Positions 60,461-64,000 of a DNA stretch of 64,000 nt are shown in pieces (positions within the stretch are counted from its first letter, which is position 1; every line of letters begins with the position of its first letter). The stretch covers positions 31,744,001 to 31,808,000 of the forward strand of contig OZ076420.1 of assembly GCA_964187785.1 (NCBI GenBank), read 5' to 3'. The notes under the pieces were generated by a model. The model was not told where the DNA came from. It did no database searches and saw only the letters and a list, made by a program, of their open reading frames with translations. The translations under genes and the position numbers were made by a program. Source of the stretch: Amphiscolops sp. MND2022 (Eukaryota).

Positions 60461-63400
60461 TTGAACTAGGAGCGACTCAGACGTCACCAGCACGGTCACC
60501 GACAAACGTCTACACGCCTCTACAATCTGTTTCCCCAACAAATCAGAATCTTCCCAAAAGTTTACCAGCTCAGGAATCTTCCACAGGAAGCAACGAAGGG
60601 ATAGAACGAGTTCTCGCTACGAGTTTGGATGAATTTCAGGGTCAGGACAATTTTTGATCCACGATACCACTAATGGTTCTTCGGAGATCCCAATTGAGGA
60701 AATTGAATTGTTTGACAAGAATGTTACCGTGACTGAGGACAACAATCAGACCTTGGAGACTACCACTGCGCCTAACGTAGAAGAACAGCCATCGATTACT
60801 TTTACCACCAACTCTCCTCGTTTTACTGAGTTCTTAAAGATGGTTCAAGAGGCTACCACTTCTAGTCCAAAACTGAATAGGCCCGATGTTGATCAGCCTC
60901 TTCAATCTCCTAGAGAAAATCTGACAGCTAACCCGACAGAGGGGGAAAACAAGGGAGGAAATGAGGAGCTGCCTAACTCCAACGTGGATAATCCTAATAC
61001 CTCACAGGCCACAGACTGTGTTGATATTGAGGTAGAAGCAGTGCAACAAGTTACTGTTACACGACGAGAAGTTTTGACACTTTCAAGCGTGTTGGATAAA
61101 ATTCCACGGACTGCCCTTGTGAGAAGGGATCGTAACGTTCCAGATAATATCACCCTTACTGTTGTCGGACAAGTCCAGAATCCGCCAGTTCAAGACGTAC
61201 GAGGTACTAGCCAAGGTGAAACAACTGAACACCCTCCTGATGATTTGCGTCCACATTCCAGTTCTGAAGAATTTCCATTGGCACGGGGGAAAAGACGAAG
61301 ACCTAAGTATTCGCTAACTGCGTCAATGTGGAAAAAACATCCTGTCGTACAATACTTCGCCACCGGACCACTCGACAGTAACAAGAACCCATACAAATGG
61401 TGGTGTCGAAATTGCAAACTAGAGCCGTCCCTCATGAGCGGAGGGGTTCTGGGGTTATTATCCTATAACAAAACTGAGGCTCGTTTGACAAAAGAACTAA
61501 GGATCCGCTTAGAGACTCCCGGGTTACCTTTATTTGACCACGAGGAAAATGAATTGCGAGGGATAGGGCTACAAGAGGCAAAACGAAGAGCCAGAGAAGC
61601 ACATCCCATTGCTCCTCAATTAGATGGGTGCCGTTTATTAGTCGGGCAAGAGCGATTGCCAGAATTCAGCTCTGCTACCAGTCCTAGCGAAAACGTTCTG
61701 GCTCAAATCTATTCTCGAGAACGGATTCCGCCGTGGACATATAGACGTCTTGCTCGGTCTCTGAGAGGACATGACACGGATGTCTCCAAGTAGCAGCGCC
61801 CAAATTAACACTTACAAGTGGAGCCAGCATCGCATTTATGTAAGTATTTTTCTGCTCCAATTTTATTCTAATCGTGTTTAAGGGTCACAATTTCACCTTC
61901 TGTTCAAGCTATCGTCACATATATGTTCTGAGACCTAATGCATGACTGTGTCGTGACTACTGGAACAACTGGAATTTGTTCTTTATCTTATGAGAGTTCT
62001 TTTACTAGAAATTTCCTTTTCCTAAGTTTTCGGTCGGGAAACGTCTATTACCAAGTTTGTCTTGGATCTGGACCCCGTGAGTTATTGTTACCCAAAAAGC
62101 TTCTTTCCTTGCTCTCATCTGACTTCAGTTTATCAGAGAATCCACCATCTTGCCTTATCCTCATTAATTTTGACGAGAGAGTCGCGACTTGCCTCAATCG
62201 ATCGCTACCTGGAAAGTGTCGTCTTATGGTCATCAATTGGTTTGGAGTTACTGAGTTAGAGAAATGCCTAGCCATGCCAACATCCAAGATCCTTGAGCGA
62301 CACGATTTCAGGACGATATTGGATTTTTTGCTCATGAAACTGAGAACCGCGATGGATCAGGAGTGGTTGCAGTCAATTCCTGTATTGCATAAAGTACATT
62401 TTTCTGTTTTACTCTACTTGCAATATACTGTTGATTTTTAATATCCCGGCTTCTTCCTTTTTGTGCATAACACACTTGAGATACACACTAGAGGAGGCTT
62501 CATCCATCATTGCCCTATTATCTGCACACTGGGACAGGGTGTTGGATCATCTGAATCGGGTTTCCCGATTGCCAACCTTCCGATACCACATGCGTGTGGT
62601 AATATTTCGCTTTAGGCTTCTTCCGAAGTCATGATCAATTCATCGATTACCCATTTCATTCTCAGCCCGGTACGTTAGACTGATGTTTCCGGCTTGATAC
62701 CCTGTACCTGGCCAGGCTTTTCGCCATTCGCTGTGTCTTGGACCACTGTTAGTAACTTTTCATCTTCCAGTTTCCACATATCTTGGCTTGCTTGTTCATC
62801 CCACTTGTCTTCGTTGTGTACTTATATCGATAGTATTGTGTTTCATTGTAGTTTCCCTTTCGTGTAGTTGTGACTTGCGCTTTTAATTAGGTCTCGCTTC
62901 TTTGAAGAATAACACATCAAAGCCGCAGGATGCCGTATATACATCACCCTTTTTTCCGTATAATACCGCATATGCGGCGTCTTTGTTTTCGCATGATGTC
63001 GCATATTTGGGTGAAAGGTAGATTGTAAAACAGCCAAAACCGTAGGATGCCGCATATGCTTTCTTTATATTCTGTACTATACCGCATATTGAGTTGTTGA
63101 CACCCTAACTAGATATGGCTTGTGATTTTACTTTGTCGCTTTGAATGGTTTTGCTCTTTGTGTTTCAGACAACTCATCTTTGTCTGAAGTACAAACCGGA
63201 TATGAAGCTGGGTTTCGCCTGTTTAACCAGTTTGCAGTATTTGTTTACTCTCAGCTCCAAGCATACTTCCAGATAGTATTCTCGGCAGTGTCTCTGATTT
63301 GGACAGCTATCTGAAGCTTGACTTAACCCAACCTGATCTCCCTTTCAAGACTTGCGATGAGTTCATTTCGAATTCTGATTTCCATGAGTTAGTGACTTTG

Positions 63401-64000
63401 AGCAAGCTGCCAAGATCCAGTAAATTTATCGAACAGTCTATTGCTTTTTACAAAGCGTTCTGTCGAATTCTATTGCAGCATAAGATCGCGACTTCAGATT
63501 TGATAAGAGGTTTATCCAGTTTTGATTCCGCCATGATACTCGATGGTGAGGAAAAAATTATCTGCCTGCAATTGAAATGCTGACAACTTACTTTGTCACC
63601 CCTTGGCTGGATTACTGCCAGCGATACGACAAAGGCTGTGAGTCAATACAGGTCTTCAGTTACGAAGTTCCGTTCGAGTCAAGTTTGCCGACCAGATGAT
63701 TGGTTTGGATAACTCTGTTCCTGTTATGAATTATATTGTCGGCCAGAGTTACATCGGATATTTAAGTACTCTTGTCTCTGTTTACCACCGGAAGCAAAGA
63801 TCATCAGTCAGTTTGTTGTACTCATGCCAGAATTGGGACCTGACGAAGAGGTGTCTCGCTCGTGTATTACTAGTATCCAGATGGCTTACAAAACTGTTCC
63901 GAACGTGTCAAGCCTCTTCCGAGACCCCCGATTGCTCAGTCGGTTGTTTGGTCTTATCGGGCAAGGACGTCATTTATTGGACGATTGCAAACTTTCCGTT
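60461..64000 (+). pseudogene. Element X plus-strand multi-exon gene: low-complexity N-terminus, BED-like zinc finger, possible hAT-like C-terminus; degenerate, runs off the window
   Basis: Acceptor tttcag|ttgaactagg conserved in the copy at ~150. KHPVVQYF...YKWWCRNC resembles a BED finger start. Donor gtaagt at ~61840. Distal ELHRIFKYSCLCLPP resembles a hAT dimerisation helix. Several stops and frameshifts. Confidence 0.4.

Noticed and set aside
1-64000. The two element X copies as giant terminal inverted repeats of one ~60-kb element
   Set aside because: They are far too diverged for TIRs, and both continue outward beyond the window.

Overview
AT-rich eukaryotic DNA, probably an invertebrate animal (short GT-AG introns, a 200-N scaffold gap at 1947-2146). 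Most of the window is transposon debris: many Ty3/Gypsy RNaseH-integrase fragments, two decayed LINEs, a MITE, and a pervasive modular repeat built from ~200-bp units, one of which carries a 21-bp-stem hairpin. The standout is a compact four-gene cluster at 7.9-25.7 kb that only appears when exons are joined by hand. (1) An intact 7-exon zinc-finger + JmjC gene of the KDM7/PHF8 type. (2) A minus-strand gene with possible Tudor/SH3-like barrels. (3) An apparently intact 4-exon SET gene of the KMT5A/SETD8 (PR-Set7) type, head-to-head with gene 2. (4) A ~1,100-codon RAG1/Transib-like DDE transposase frame with a 13-aa repeat and a BRCT-like C-terminal segment, broken by only two TAG codons and one 5-bp duplication. 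My inference is a large RAG/Transib-related element carrying its own histone-methylation writer, eraser and possibly reader. I could not find its termini. Both ends of the window also hold diverged, inverted copies of a second uncharacterised element. All family assignments are by eye from remembered motifs, with no database search, and repeat boundaries are approximate.
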